NCBI GenBank assembly: GCA_963822365.1
Contig: CAWGHM010000009.1
Span: 338,181-402,180 of the forward strand
DNA length: 64,000 bases
Source: an uncultured Alphaproteobacteria bacterium
GTDB taxonomy: Bacteria; Pseudomonadota; Alphaproteobacteria; Rhizobiales; Rhizobiaceae
Direction: 5' to 3'
The position numbers and the translations under genes were made by a program. Below, piece after piece: positions 53,394 through 64,000 of this stretch (positions are counted from its first letter, which is position 1; the number at the start of each line of letters is the position of its first letter). The notes beneath the pieces are model-generated. The model was not told where the DNA came from and searched no databases. It was given only the letters and a program-made list of their open reading frames with translations.

Positions 53394-55062
53394 TCACGCC
53401 TTTTGGGGTTCGTCCTTCCTGGGTGCATCGAGACCCGACATCAGCGAACTGATCGCATTGTCGCCGTCGAAACCGGCTTCCTTCATCAGCCGGTCCAGGA
53501 TCGGCTTGTTTGCCTGATAGGCGAGAAGCTGGCCGGCCAGCCCTTCGCCCATGCCGATCCCGCCTCCGGACGCGCCGCCCGCACCGCCGCGGCCGAGCAT
53601 GCCGCCGGTGTCGAAGATGCGGATATCCGAGATCTTCTCGATCGGCTTGACGGCTTCGGCAAGGGCAGCCGGGATGACGCGGATGCGCTCGCGGGTGATT
53701 TCGAATTCGATGATGGCGGCACTCAGCCGGTTGCGGGCTTCGTTGAGAAGCGCTTCGCTCTCGGCCTGCGCCTTGCCGGTTTCGAGGATCGCCTTTTGCC
53801 TTGATGATCGCCGCATCGGCTTCGGCCAAGGCCAGCGTCTTGATGGCATCCGCCTGGTCGGTCGCGGCCTGTTTTTCAGCCTCGGCGCCAACGGTCACGG
53901 CCGTCGCCTCGGTTTCAGCCTTCTTGCGCGCATCGATCACCGCGATCAGTTTCTCGCGCTCGGCGATTTCCACGGCCTTGGCGGTATGCACTTTTTCTTC
54001 CGCCGCAATCGCCAGTGCGCGGGCAGTTTCGGCCCTTGCCCTGGCTTCGGATTCCTCGCGGCTCTTGTTGGCAACGGCAATCGCGCTTTCCTGCGAAACG
54101 ATCTGCAGGTCGCGCTGGGCTTCGGTATCGCGCTGGCGCACAGCCCGCGACGCATCGATATTGGCACTTTCGCGGGCCTGTTTGGCGGTCGCTTCGCGTT
54201 CGGCAATCGCCTGTTCCGCCGCAATGCGCGCCTCTTCCTCGGCGCGCTTGGCGGCCTGTTCCTGCTGCGCCGTTTCCGCTCGCGTTGCGGCCGACTTGTT
54301 GGCGATGTCGCGCTCCTGGCTGAGCTCCGCCTCGCGCTTGGTCCGCTCGATCGTCAGGGATTGCTGTCTCGCCTCGAGATCCTTCTGGGCAATCGCCACT
54401 TCGGTGTCGCGGACGATTTCGTTGCGCTCTTTCTTGCGGCCTTCGGTAATGCGCGTCAGCGCCGCCAGACCATGCGCATCGAAGAAGTTGTTGGCGTTGA
54501 AATGCTTGATATCGGTCTGGTCGAGCCGCGTCAGCGACACCGATTCCAGTTCGAGACCGTTGGATTGAAGGTCGGCACCGACCGCCTCCTGCACCGCCTT
54601 GACGAAGTCCATGCGCTGTTCCTGCAGGGCATCGAGCGTCATCGTTGCCGCAACCGAACGCAGGCCGTCGACGAATTTCGCCTCGATCAGGATGCGCAAC
54701 TGTTCGGCATCGTTGGTCCTGTCGCCGAGCGTCTGGGCCGCAAGGGCAATCGACGAAGCGTCCGGCTTCACACGGACGTAGAATTCCGCGCCGATATCGA
54801 CACGCATGCGATCCTTGGTGATCAGCGCATCGCCTTCGCCGCGGCGGACTTCGAGCCGCAGGGTCTTCAGGTTGACCCGTGCGATCGAATGGAAGATCGG
54901 CAGCACGATCGAGCCGCCGTCGAGCACGACCTTCTGGCCGCCGAGGCCGGTGCGCACATAGGCCTCGTCACGGCTGGAGCGCGTATAGAGAGATGCGAGA
55001 ACAAAACCGATGGCAAAAAAGAGTACGACACCGATCGCGACAGGCCAAATGAGTTCAAACAT
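53394..55062 (-). pseudogene. flotillin-like SPFH/band-7 protein (YqiK/FloA-like); one frameshift at ~53800
   Basis: ORF 53239..55062 has N-terminal TM + SPFH domain + long Ala/Glu-rich coiled coil to ...AIIKAKG. The true C-term ...ILETGKAQAESEALLNEARNRLSAAIIEFEITRERIRVIPA...RKDEPQKA-stop is in ORF 53394..53891. The junction gcAAAAggcgatcctc has one extra A. Confidence 0.8.
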
Positions 55063-55064
55063 GG

Positions 55065-55721
55065 TCAGTGCTCCGTTGGGGGGTGGTCCGTCGCGGCCTG
55101 CAGGTCGGGCGGCGCGACGATGGCGGTAAAGATATTCTTGGTGCGATCGACCAGAAGCACGATGGTGCGGACAGGGATGGCCGCTTCACCGCGGGCGGCG
55201 CAGGCACGCACCGTATGCCAGTTTCCATGGGCATCCTTCAGCTGCACCTGTCCGGGCAGCCCCTGGTCGAGGGGGCCGACCGTCACCTGCCCCGTGCGAC
55301 CGACAAGTTCGGTGAGATCGACGGCATAGGTTTCGTCGCGGGGCACGATACGGGCCACCGCACGGGTCGAATGGCGCGTCAGGGGGATCGTGCAGATGAC
55401 CGACAGGGTGGCTGCGATGCTGGCCGGCAAGAGCCCGTATAGCTGACTGGCAACCATCTGGATCAACAGGCCGCAGATCGCGAAGATGCCGAGAAACAGC
55501 ATCACCAGAATAAGGATGGGCACGCCGCCGACATTGAACCAGGAGAAGAGCCAGGACAGGCCATCATGGCTGTCGATGGGATCGCCGAGCATATCGCTGA
55601 AGGAAAACCCGATCACCATCGCCATGACCTCGATAACGGTCAGCGCAACCAGGATCGCGGCAGCGATGAAGAACGGGGCAGATTCAGGAGCGAGAAGCAG
55701 GCTCATCAGGGGTTTTTCCAT
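55065..55721 (-). CDS. NfeD-like membrane protein (YqiJ family), partner of flotillin
   Basis: 218-aa ORF. N-terminal multi-TM region plus C-terminal OB-fold-like soluble domain. ATGA overlap with the flotillin start at 55062. Confidence 0.8.
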   Translation of the reverse strand: MEKPLMSLLLAPESAPFFIAAAILVALTVIEVMAMVIGFSFSDMLGDPIDSHDGLSWLFSWFNVGGVPILILVMLFLGIFAICGLLIQMVASQLYGLLPASIAATLSVICTIPLTRHSTRAVARIVPRDETYAVDLTELVGRTGQVTVGPLDQGLPGQVQLKDAHGNWHTVRACAARGEAAIPVRTIVLLVDRTKNIFTAIVAPPDLQAATDHPPTEH

Positions 55722-56358
55722 CCGACTTCAAAAGGGCAAGTCTTGCTTCGATGGCCCGTTCGCGATGCAGCCGATCAAGCTCGTCGAGTTCCATTATACC
55801 GTTTCGCTCGCCGGCTGGAACTCCCGTCACGCGCGATACCGCAGCACTGGCGCGGGCCGATCGATCCGTCGGCTCCCGGCGCCGGGGTGCTGACGTTTGG
55901 TCGTCTGGATAACGGTTCAGACTGCGTTTCAATTCGGTCAACCGTTCTTCCGCTTCGCGCCGGGCAGCCAGAACCGCCTGAAGCGCCTTTTGCCCCTCGT
56001 CGACCTGGCTGCGGGCGTCATCGAGCGCCTTGTCGAGGGCAGCGATCTGCGACTCCAGATCGATCTGCCGGGCGACACCGGCCTTTGCCAGATCATCGCG
56101 GCCGGCTTCGATCGCAACCTGGATTTTTTCGCCCAAGCTGGCGATATCCGCGATGATTTCGCCGCGCCGGCTCTGGATGCGATAGTCCTGCGCCTGCGCC
56201 TTGCCGAGATCGGCCCGCGCCTCTTCGGCCGCCGCATCGATCTCCCGGATCGCCTGCTCGACCACAGCCACCTTGTTGACGTCTTCCGCCTTGTCGATCG
56301 TGGCATTGGCAATGCCTGCGATCAGACGGCCCATGCGGGAGAGAATTCCTTCGTTCAT
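55684..56358 (-). CDS. PspA/IM30 family protein (phage-shock protein A-like)
   Basis: 224-aa segment MNEGILSRMGRLIAGIANATIDKAEDVNKVAVVEQAIREID... (coiled coil) matches the PspA N-terminus. Own SD AGGAG 9 nt upstream of ATG 56358. The ORF stays open in frame upstream to 56853/57093. Confidence 0.7.
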   Translation of the reverse strand: MNEGILSRMGRLIAGIANATIDKAEDVNKVAVVEQAIREIDAAAEEARADLGKAQAQDYRIQSRRGEIIADIASLGEKIQVAIEAGRDDLAKAGVARQIDLESQIAALDKALDDARSQVDEGQKALQAVLAARREAEERLTELKRSLNRYPDDQTSAPRRREPTDRSARASAAVSRVTGVPAGERNGIMELDELDRLHRERAIEARLALLKSDGKTPDEPASRS

Positions 56359-56853
56359 CGCACTGCGCTCCTGTGTTCGCGGCGTGTTCGGCGTCACGCC
56401 GATGTGGATTTCGTAGTGATCGGGAAAGGCAACCAGACTGGCTGGAAAGGCACCTTCCCACCCCCTGGAATAACCGGCAACATCAAAGCCGGCCGTGACA
56501 CGCCCGCGGACAGTCGCCAACGTCAGCAGCGACGGCCCCTTGATGGCAAAAAGCTTGTCGTCCAGCGGCAGGCGCGGCGGCACCGGAAGCACCCCGCCAT
56601 GAGTGGCGAAATCCCGAAGCCCGAGCGTGACCAGACGCGAGGGCAGCCCAGTCTGTTCACGCACGCGTTCATAGGCAAGATCATGCAGTGCCACGAGATT
56701 GGCACCGGCCTGCGGCGTCGCCACCTCCTGTAAAATCCGCATCATTGCCGCATAGGCTTTGAACGTTTCTTCCAGCGATTGCAGACCATAGTCATCCAGC
56801 GCCAGCTCATAGCGCAGATGCGATGGATGGGTCGGTGTCGGGTCTCTTTTCAT
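56359..56853 (-). CDS. hypothetical protein, in frame and contiguous with the PspA-like gene (no intervening stop)
   Basis: 165-aa stretch MKRDPTPTHPSHLRYELALDDYGLQSLEETFKAYAAMMRILQEV...AFPDHYEIHIGVTPNTPRTQERSA is followed directly by MNEGIL of PspA. No family recognised. Confidence 0.3.
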
Positions 56854-57152
56854 GGCTTGAACATAAAGCACTTCTTTGGTGCTTTCAAGATGCACGATCA
56901 GAAAATTCCCGTTTGCGAAGGGTGGCAGCGGAGCCAACTCGAACCAAGAGCACATTGCGAAGAGGCGTTTCCCGGACCAGGAACATTTTCCCCGCACGCA
57001 CCCTCGGCAGATTTTCAGCGATCGCGAATATACTTGATAGACCTGTATTCGGACCGTTGCCCGATGGACGGGTTGAAAGCGCGATGACATCATGGCGCGC
57101 GGGCGGGTGTCGGGAGAGCAGCCAGCCGTTCGAAAATGACCGGGAGGAATGC

Positions 57153-58253
57153 ATGAAAAAAGTCGGTATCGGCATCATCGGGTGCGGGAATATTTCAGGC
57201 GCCTATCTGAAGGCCATGACTTCGTTTCCGATCCTCGACATCCGTGGCATTGCCGATTTGAACAGCGATCTGGCGGCCGCAAGGGCAGCCGAATTCAAGG
57301 TGCCGGCCCGGGATATCGCCGCGCTTTTGGCAGATCCCGAAATAGAGATCATCGTCAACCTCACGGTTCCGAAAGCCCATGTGACTGTCGCGCTGCAGGC
57401 GCTTGATGCCGGCAAGCACACCTATTCGGAAAAGCCGCTCGGCATCAATTTTGCCGAGGGCAAAAAGCTGGCGGAGGCTGCGAAGACCAGGAACCTGCGC
57501 ATCGGCGCTGCACCGGATACCTTCCTTGGCGGCAGCCACCAGACGGCCCGCGAACTCGTCGATCGGGGCGTCATCGGCCAGCCGGTCGGCGGAACCGCAA
57601 CCTTCATGTGCCCGGGCCACGAGCGCTGGCATCCGAACCCGGATTTCTACTACGAGACCGGTGGTGGCCCGATGCTGGACATGGGTCCCTACTACATCAC
57701 CGATCTGGTCAACCTGCTCGGCCCGGTTTCGCAGGTGGCCGGTTTTGCGATCACGCCGCGCAGCGAACGTGTGATCACCAGCGAACCCCGCAACGGGCAG
57801 CGCATCCCCGTGCATGTGCCGACCCATGTCGCCGGCGTCATGGCCTTTGCCAATGGTGCGGTGGTGCAGATCGGGATGAGTTTCGACGTTGCCGGCCACA
57901 AACATGTCCCGCTGGAAGTCTACGGCACGGAGGGAACGCTGATCGTACCGGATCCGAACAATTTCGGCGGCGAGGTCGAACTGTTGAAAAAGGGCGGCAC
58001 CTTCGAGGTTCAGCAAACGACGCAACCCTACGCCGACGGCAACTATCGCTCGATCGGCGTGGCGGACCTCGCGCATGCGATCCGCTCGGATCGTCCGCAC
58101 CGGGCCGATGGCAATCTCGCCCTGCATGTGCTTGAGGTCATGGAAGCTTTTCAGACCGCGTCCGATACCGGACGGACGATCACGATCACCACCGCAACGG
58201 ACCGGCCCGAAGCCCTGTCGGCCTCGCTCGTCGACGGCCGACTGGCCCGTTGA
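57153..58253 (+). CDS. Gfo/Idh/MocA family oxidoreductase (ThuB-like)
   Basis: ORF 56823..58253. Start MKKVGIGIIGCGNISGAYL at ATG 57153 with SD GGGAGG. 366 aa, intact. Confidence 0.85.
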   Translation: MKKVGIGIIGCGNISGAYLKAMTSFPILDIRGIADLNSDLAAARAAEFKVPARDIAALLADPEIEIIVNLTVPKAHVTVALQALDAGKHTYSEKPLGINFAEGKKLAEAAKTRNLRIGAAPDTFLGGSHQTARELVDRGVIGQPVGGTATFMCPGHERWHPNPDFYYETGGGPMLDMGPYYITDLVNLLGPVSQVAGFAITPRSERVITSEPRNGQRIPVHVPTHVAGVMAFANGAVVQIGMSFDVAGHKHVPLEVYGTEGTLIVPDPNNFGGEVELLKKGGTFEVQQTTQPYADGNYRSIGVADLAHAIRSDRPHRADGNLALHVLEVMEAFQTASDTGRTITITTATDRPEALSASLVDGRLAR

Positions 58254-58286
58254 CCATCATGAAGATTGCATTCAGGAGGAAAGACC

Positions 58287-58928
58287 ATGCGTGAAGCACT
58301 GATCGTCTGGGGAGGCTGGAGCGGCCATGAGCCGGAGGAATGCGCCGCCGTCATCAAGGGCATACTGGAGGAGGACGGCTTCAAGGTTCGCGTGGAGGCA
58401 AGCACGGAAGCTTTCGCCGATCCCGCAATCCATGATCTCTCGCTGGTGGTCCCGATCGTCACGATGTCGAAGATCGAAAAGGCGGAAATCAGCAACCTCG
58501 CCGCCGCCATCGAAAGCGGCGTGGGCATTGCCGGATACCATGGCGGCGCCGGCGACAGCTTCCGCGACTGCGTCGATTACCAGTTCATCATCGGCGGCCA
58601 GTGGGTGGCGCATCCGGGCAACATCATCGACTACCGCGTCAACATCACCCGGCCGGACGACCCGGTGATGCAGGGCATCACCGACTTTCCCTACACGTCG
58701 GAGCAATATTACATGCATGTCGATCCATCCAACGAGGTGCTGGCGACGACGACCTTTACCGGCGAGCACGCCTCCTGGATCGACGGCGTCGTCATGCCTG
58801 TGGTCTGGAAACGGAACTACGGCAAGGGCCGCGTTTTCTATTCCTCCCTCGGCCATCAGGCCAAGGAGTTCGACGTGCCGCAGATGAGGACGATCTTCCG
58901 CCGCGGCGCTGCCTGGGCCGCGCGCTGA
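58287..58928 (+). CDS. ThuA domain-containing protein (trehalose-utilisation ThuA-like, class-I glutamine amidotransferase-like fold)
   Basis: MREALIVWGGWSGHEPEECAAVIKGILEEDGFKV... ATG 58287 with SD AGGAGGA. 213 aa, intact. Confidence 0.75.
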   Translation: MREALIVWGGWSGHEPEECAAVIKGILEEDGFKVRVEASTEAFADPAIHDLSLVVPIVTMSKIEKAEISNLAAAIESGVGIAGYHGGAGDSFRDCVDYQFIIGGQWVAHPGNIIDYRVNITRPDDPVMQGITDFPYTSEQYYMHVDPSNEVLATTTFTGEHASWIDGVVMPVVWKRNYGKGRVFYSSLGHQAKEFDVPQMRTIFRRGAAWAAR

Positions 58929-59053
58929 AGCAATTCTCCGCATCGTGCCGACTGACCCTCGGCACGATGTAGACAAATTTTCCACAGAAGACTTTACAGT
59001 CTACTTCTCCGGGATTACAGAGAGGGCTCAGCCAATCGTTCCGGAGAGTCCCC

Positions 59054-60160
59054 ATGCAGATCGAGGAATTCACGCTTGAGCGGATTCAGTCGCTTTATGA
59101 AAATCTGGTCGAATTCAATCTCTCCGACAGCGGCGTTCATCCCTATTCGCTGAAGGAACTGCTGACACCGGATCAGCTGCTTGGTCTGCATGACGTCGAA
59201 CTCGGCTATGGCTGGACCAATGGCGGCGTCGAGCTGCGCGACACCATCGCCCGGCTCTACACGGGCCGCGACCGCGATAACGTCATGGTCACCAACGGCT
59301 CGGCTGAAGCCAATTTCATTCTCGTGATGACCCTGCTGGAGCCGGGCGACGAGATGGTTCTGGTCGTTCCGAACTACCTGCAGATCCGCGGCTGGGCCAA
59401 GGCGCTGGGCGTCACCGTCAAGGAGATCGTGCTGCGCGAGGAACTGGGTTGGCGGCCTGATCTCGATGAAGTGCGCGCCGCGGTCACGCCGAAGACCAAG
59501 CTCATCAGCCTCTGCAACCCCAACAACCCGACCGGCAGCCTGCTGCCGCGCGAAACCATGGACGCGTTGGTCGATATCGCCCGCGAACACGACGTCTATC
59601 TGCATGCCGACGAAATCTACAAGGGCTCGGAACTCGACACCGAGGAATCCATCAGCTTCGCGGACCTCTATGAGAAGGCCGTTGTCACCGCCGGCCTGTC
59701 CAAGGCCATGGCCCTGCCCGGCCTGCGCCTCGGCTGGCTGGTCGGACCTGCCAGGGAGATCTACGCCACATGGCAGCGCAAGGACTACACCTCGATCACG
59801 ACAGGCGCGCTCAGCGAGCATATCGCCAACATCGTACTGCAGCCGGCCAAGCGCGGCGAGATCCTGTCGCGCAGCCGCCGGCTTCTCCGGGAAAACCGCG
59901 CCTTCCTGACCTCGTGGATCGAAGCGCACAACAACCTGTTTTCCTACCTGCCGCCACAGGCCGGCGGCATGGCCTTCGTCCGGTACAACCGTGACATCAA
60001 CTCCTCCGTGCTGGTCGATCGTGTCCGCGAGCAGAAAAGCGTCATGCTGGTCCCCGGCGACGTCTATGGGCTCGACGGTTACATCCGCATCGGCATCGGC
60101 GCGCAAAAACATCATCTGGAGGCAGGATTGGGCCGTCTTGCAGATTTCATGCGAAGCTGA
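59054..60160 (+). CDS. PLP-dependent aminotransferase (class I/II)
   Basis: 368-aa intact ORF. PLP-lysine region TAGLSKAMALPGLRLGW. Confidence 0.85.
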   Translation: MQIEEFTLERIQSLYENLVEFNLSDSGVHPYSLKELLTPDQLLGLHDVELGYGWTNGGVELRDTIARLYTGRDRDNVMVTNGSAEANFILVMTLLEPGDEMVLVVPNYLQIRGWAKALGVTVKEIVLREELGWRPDLDEVRAAVTPKTKLISLCNPNNPTGSLLPRETMDALVDIAREHDVYLHADEIYKGSELDTEESISFADLYEKAVVTAGLSKAMALPGLRLGWLVGPAREIYATWQRKDYTSITTGALSEHIANIVLQPAKRGEILSRSRRLLRENRAFLTSWIEAHNNLFSYLPPQAGGMAFVRYNRDINSSVLVDRVREQKSVMLVPGDVYGLDGYIRIGIGAQKHHLEAGLGRLADFMRS

Positions 60161-60170
60161 GATCGCTTGA

Positions 60171-60788
60171 ATGAAACCCGAGCTCGCCCCTTTTGCGGCC
60201 GTCTGCGACGGTATCGCCCAGCTGTTCCAGCCTTTCGTCGAGGTCGTGCTGCATGATCTCGAGACGGAGACGGCAGCCCATATCGCCGGCAACTTTTCCA
60301 AGCGCGAGATCGGCGAGCCATCGCTCTTGAACGAGATTGACTTCCGACCGACCGAGCGCATTCTCGGTCCCTATGAAAAGGTCAACTGGGACGGGCGGCG
60401 GATCAAGTCGATCAGCATCATCCTGCGCGACGCCAAGGAGCGGCCGATCGCCGTGCTCTGCATCAATGCCGACGTCTCGCATTTCCATGCGGTGATGCAG
60501 ACCCTGAGCGCCTTTGCCTCGGTGCCCGTCGATCACGACAAGCCGGCAAGCCTCTTCAAGGAGGACTGGCACGAGCGCATCAACGAATACATCCAGAACT
60601 GGACAACGTCGCGCGCGCTGATCGTCGCCACGCTGACGCGCGAGCAGAAGCAGCAACTGGTCAAGGACCTGTCGGCCGACGGCGCTTTCGGCGGCAGGAA
60701 TGCGGCCGCCTATATTTCCCGTGTGCTGGGCATGGGCCGCGCCACGGTCTACAAATACCTCAATCAGGAACGAGCGACGGACGAATGA
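60171..60788 (+). CDS. YheO-like PAS-domain transcriptional regulator with C-terminal HTH
   Basis: 205-aa intact ORF. C-terminal HTH AAYISRVLGMGRATVYKYL. 10 nt downstream of the aminotransferase; overlaps the OCD gene start. Confidence 0.7.
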   Translation: MKPELAPFAAVCDGIAQLFQPFVEVVLHDLETETAAHIAGNFSKREIGEPSLLNEIDFRPTERILGPYEKVNWDGRRIKSISIILRDAKERPIAVLCINADVSHFHAVMQTLSAFASVPVDHDKPASLFKEDWHERINEYIQNWTTSRALIVATLTREQKQQLVKDLSADGAFGGRNAAAYISRVLGMGRATVYKYLNQERATDE

Positions 60789-61741
60789 TCACCCTGTCGC
60801 GTACCGAAATCGAAGCCCTTGTCGATCTCGACGCCGGCCTGCAGGCGATCGAGCTGGCCTATATCGCAGCCTCGCAAGGGCAAGCCACGATCCCGCCGGT
60901 CGGCTATATCGCGTTTCCGGATGCCGACGGTGATTGCCATATCAAATACGGGCACATAGCCGGGGATCCGATCTTCGTCGTCAAGATCGCCTCTGGCTTT
61001 TATCGGAACCCGTCAATCGGCCTCTCCACATCCAGCGGCGTGATGCTGGCATTTTCAGCGACGACCGGCCAGTTGGAGGCAATCCTGCTGGACGAAGGCT
61101 TGCTCACGGACTTGCGCACCGGGCTTGGCGGCGCGCTTGCAACACGGGCGCTTTGCCGAAAAGACGCGCGCCGTGTTGCCGTTATCGGCTCAGGCATACA
61201 GGCCGGCATGCAGATCCGCTGCCTGTACCGGGCGATGAAGGATCAGGCGCTTACCTTCACACTCTGGGCACGGTCCGAAACGAAAGCAGGCGGGATTGTC
61301 GAGACGCTTGCAAAGGAAGGCATAGCGGTCGAACTCGCGGACGATCTGGAAGCCCTTTGCCGAAACGCCGATATCATCATCACCACCACGCCGGCGCGCG
61401 AACCGCTGATCCGCAGTGACTGGATCCAGCCGGGAACGCACATCACCGCCATCGGCGCCGATGCGCCCGGCAAGCAGGAACTGGAAACGGCACTGGTGGC
61501 GCGCGCAGACCTTCGGATCGCCGATCGCCTCGAACAATCGCTGGCGCACGGCGAATTTTCCACAGCCTTCAACGCCGGATTGATCGCTCCGGAAGGCTGC
61601 CATGAATTGGGCGCAGTCCTCGACGGGACCGCGAAGGGCCGGCAAAATCGGGATGAAATCACCATAGCCGACCTGACGGGCATTGCCGTTCAGGACATCG
61701 CCATCACCCGGGCAATCCTCGACGCGCGTCAACACGCTTGA
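60785..61741 (+). CDS. ornithine cyclodeaminase / mu-crystallin family protein
   Basis: 318-aa intact ORF. Rossmann motif VAVIGSGIQAGMQIRCL. Confidence 0.85.
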   Translation: MITLSRTEIEALVDLDAGLQAIELAYIAASQGQATIPPVGYIAFPDADGDCHIKYGHIAGDPIFVVKIASGFYRNPSIGLSTSSGVMLAFSATTGQLEAILLDEGLLTDLRTGLGGALATRALCRKDARRVAVIGSGIQAGMQIRCLYRAMKDQALTFTLWARSETKAGGIVETLAKEGIAVELADDLEALCRNADIIITTTPAREPLIRSDWIQPGTHITAIGADAPGKQELETALVARADLRIADRLEQSLAHGEFSTAFNAGLIAPEGCHELGAVLDGTAKGRQNRDEITIADLTGIAVQDIAITRAILDARQHA

Positions 61742-61775
61742 CAAAACGGTCCCGCTTCTTTCAACTTGAGCCATT

Positions 61776-63837
<2,062 letters not shown>

Positions 63838-63838
63838 C

Positions 63839-64000
63839 ATGCGCATCCTGATCAAGGGGGCCGGCGTTGCCGGCCTCACGGTTGCCTATGAACTTGCCGT
63901 TTCGGGTGCGAAGGTCGAGGTCATCGACACGGCACCCGGTGTCGGCACCGGCGCCTCCGGCTTTGCCGGCGGCATGCTGGCCCCCTGGTGCGAGCGCGAA
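63839..64000 (+). CDS. thiO: glycine oxidase ThiO (5' part; runs off window)
   Basis: MRILIKGAGVAGLTVAYELAVSGAKVEVIDTAPGVGTGASGFAGGMLAPWCERE. FAD GXGXXG motif. Start is 1 nt after the thiC stop. Confidence 0.75.
   Translation, partial: MRILIKGAGVAGLTVAYELAVSGAKVEVIDTAPGVGTGASGFAGGMLAPWCERE

Noticed and set aside
52320-55329. 494-aa (52320..53804) and 592-aa (53551..55329) plus-strand ORFs
   Set aside because: Antisense to the GH32 and flotillin genes. Repetitive Arg/Ala composition mirrors the coiled-coil codons of flotillin.
56359-57093. Calling the region upstream of pspA a YjfI/DUF2170-type partner
   Set aside because: Sequence does not resemble what I recall of that family, so it is left as hypothetical.

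Overview
High-GC (about 62%) alphaproteobacterial (Rhizobiaceae-like) accessory/catabolic region packed with operons. No rRNA, tRNA, CRISPR arrays, IS elements or integrases were found. In order: (i) a sugar ABC transporter (SBP, two permeases, ATPase) with a sugar-phosphate isomerase, a Gfo/Idh/MocA oxidoreductase and a LacI regulator. (ii) One large minus-strand operon joining a CUT1 ABC transporter with tandem ATPases to two dihydroxyacetone-kinase systems (fused ATP-type DAK plus PTS-type dhaK/dhaL/EIIA/HPr/EI). (iii) purU. (iv) A complete N-methylglutamate methylamine-utilisation cluster (gmaS-like GS, three-subunit NMG synthase mgsCBA, sarcosine-oxidase-like NMG dehydrogenase mgdABCD), split by a Phd-VapC toxin-antitoxin pair and two regulators. 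(v) A histidine-utilisation cluster (hutC, hutF, hutI, hutH, hutG, hutU, hutD) containing a second Phd-VapC pair. (vi) A TetR-controlled RND efflux pump. (vii) A sucrose/mannosylfructose-phosphate synthase + phosphatase + GH32 hydrolase cluster. (viii) A flotillin/NfeD/PspA membrane-stress module with an unexplained in-frame N-terminal extension. (ix) thuB/thuA-like genes, then an aminotransferase/YheO/ornithine-cyclodeaminase module. (x) A TPP riboswitch driving thiC-thiO. The most striking property is a clustered, insertion-biased set of single-nucleotide frameshifts that breaks nearly every gene of the CUT1 transporter, NMG, hut and thiC loci, while neighbouring long genes (RND pump, hutF, DAK) are intact. 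This is either regional sequencing/assembly error or genuine decay of catabolic loci, and needs read-level verification.
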